Assembly (NCBI RefSeq): GCF_003918875.1
Contig: NW_025767431.1
Coordinates: 248,001-312,000, forward strand
Length of the DNA stretch: 64,000 nt
Reading direction: 5' to 3'
Source: Haliotis rubra
Lineage: Eukaryota
Shown here: one piece after another, positions 62,522 through 64,000 of the stretch
Position numbering within the stretch: the first letter of the stretch is position 1
How the letters are laid out: each line of letters begins with the position of its first letter
Program-made: the position numbers and the translations under genes
The notes under the pieces: model-generated
Seen by the model: only the letters and a program-made list of their open reading frames with translations
What the model was told of the DNA's origin: nothing
The model's database searches: none

Positions 62522-64000
62522 CACTCTTCAAAAAAAGAAACGCAAAATGAAATGCAAGAATGATACTTACAAATTTGTACACATATGTAAACTCAAACAT
62601 TTTTTTAGGGTTGCACATTGTTTCTGGAATGTTTTAGAAGATCATGCTTGACCAAACGCAACCAAAACTGATTTTGAACGGTTTTATCAATCAGGATTGT
62701 CATGATGTGCGTGGATGTCATGCAGCACGAATATCAGGCACAATGATTGTTTCTCACGTGCAAAGCATGAGTACAGCATGTGACTATAAAAGACCCAAAT
62801 GAATCTCACAATTTCATCCACGATCTTTGCAAGTACTGTACACGAAAATGGGACGTCTCAACGCTGCCGATCGAAATCAGGCAATTGGGCGATTGCAAGC
62901 TGGCGAATCAAAGAGTGAGGTGGCAAGGATCTTCAACGTTCATCCAAGCACAATAACACGATTGTGGGATCGATTTCGTCAAACAAATTCGACAAATGAC
63001 CGTCCAAGATCAGGAAGACCTAGAGTCACCACACCTGCCCGAGATCGGTACATCCGGGTAACCCACCTCCGTGACCGCCATCGTACCGCCCGGGACACAG
63101 CACAAGAACAGTTTGGAGGCCGAAGAGTGTCCCATCAGACAATCAGGAACCGTCTCCGAGAAGTAGGAATACGTGCCAAACGTCCAAAAGTTGCCCCCTC
63201 CTTGACACGACTACATCGACGTCGACGAGTGAGATGGTGTAACACGGTGCTGCCATGGAACCTGGCAAACTGGAGGCGCATATGGTTTAGCGATGAATCC
63301 CGTTATCTCCTCAGGCGACGTGATGGTAGAGACCGTGTCTACAGACGACGTCATGAACGTTTTGCTCCTAACTGCATCAGACAGATGGACAGATTCGGTG
63401 GAGAGAGTGTTATGGTGTGGGGAGCGATCTCATACACCCGCAGATCGGAACTTGTGCTTGTCCAAGGCAATCTGACGGCCAATCGATACATCGACCAGAT
63501 TCTCCGTCCGCACGTCCTTCACTTTGTTGACCGTCAACGGCAGCTCTTCCAACAGGACACCGCCAGGCCCCACACAGCACGTGCCACCGTGGACTTCCTT
63601 GCCAATAACAACATCAATACCCTCCCCTGGCCCTCCAGATCCCCTTTGGGATCAGATCGATAGACGGGTACGTCGACGTCGTATTCCACCACAGAATCTT
63701 CAACAGTTGTTCCACATGCTGCAGGAGGAATGGAGAAAGGATTCCACAACAAAACATCCAACGACTGTACGATCTGTACCCAGGGGTTGTCGGGCAGTGG
63801 TAGCAGCTGGAGGTGGTCATACGAGGTACTGACTTCAACACCACCTGGTGGACAGCAGTAATGACTGTGATGACTGTTATTCTCATGAAATATGGACAAG
63901 ATAGCAATGCATTGCTCCACAAAATTTCATTCATGTATCTTTGTTTTCCGCTGATCTACACGTCCTTGAATAACACAAAATTTTCATTGATATTTGGGTT
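62522..64000 (+). mobile_element. Tc1-family DNA transposon; right TIR probably just beyond the window
   Basis: TA followed by candidate TIR cactcttcaaaaaaagaaacgca; contains the transposase below. Confidence 0.85.
62848..63832 (+). pseudogene. Tc1-like DDE transposase pseudogene
   Basis: HTH region with GRPR, WFSDES, VMVWG, FQQDTARPH, WPSRSP. The DLNPIE segment is missing with a frameshift near 63645; further shifts precede the C-terminal GGHTRY*. Confidence 0.9.

Overview
Eukaryotic, AT-rich, intron-containing animal DNA. The repeat families are most consistent with a mollusc such as a gastropod/abalone (inference from remembered SINE sequences, not verified). The main content is a tandem + strand cluster of at least six paralogous small TNF-receptor-like genes, which the ORF track only shows as fragments. 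Five were reconstructed in full by hand (A 9748-13514, B 17255-19139, C 34634-37473, D 52204-53752, E 55185-59573), plus the last exon of a sixth (gene 0, 2388-2566). Each full gene encodes a signal peptide, one or two 6-Cys domains with invariant spacing C-x12-C-x2-C-x3-C-x11-C-x3-C (TACI/BCMA- and Grindelwald-like), one TM helix and a short tail without a death domain. Tails carry TRAF-type motifs (PVECTE, SIQCTE, PSQILD, PQQCSD, PxEE), a shared [GA][FY][PS][DE]L motif and, in gene D only, a canonical ITIM (VTYVAL). All coding introns are phase 1. Between the genes lie a recent ~4 kb triplication (20.7-31.6 kb), a 9 kb 36-bp satellite, three SINE families, LINE 3' fragments, MITEs/HINEs, a Penelope-type end with a minimal hammerhead motif and two defective Tc1/mariner-type elements. 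No prokaryotic features or CRISPR were seen. Gene models come from manual splice-site reading and need RNA evidence.
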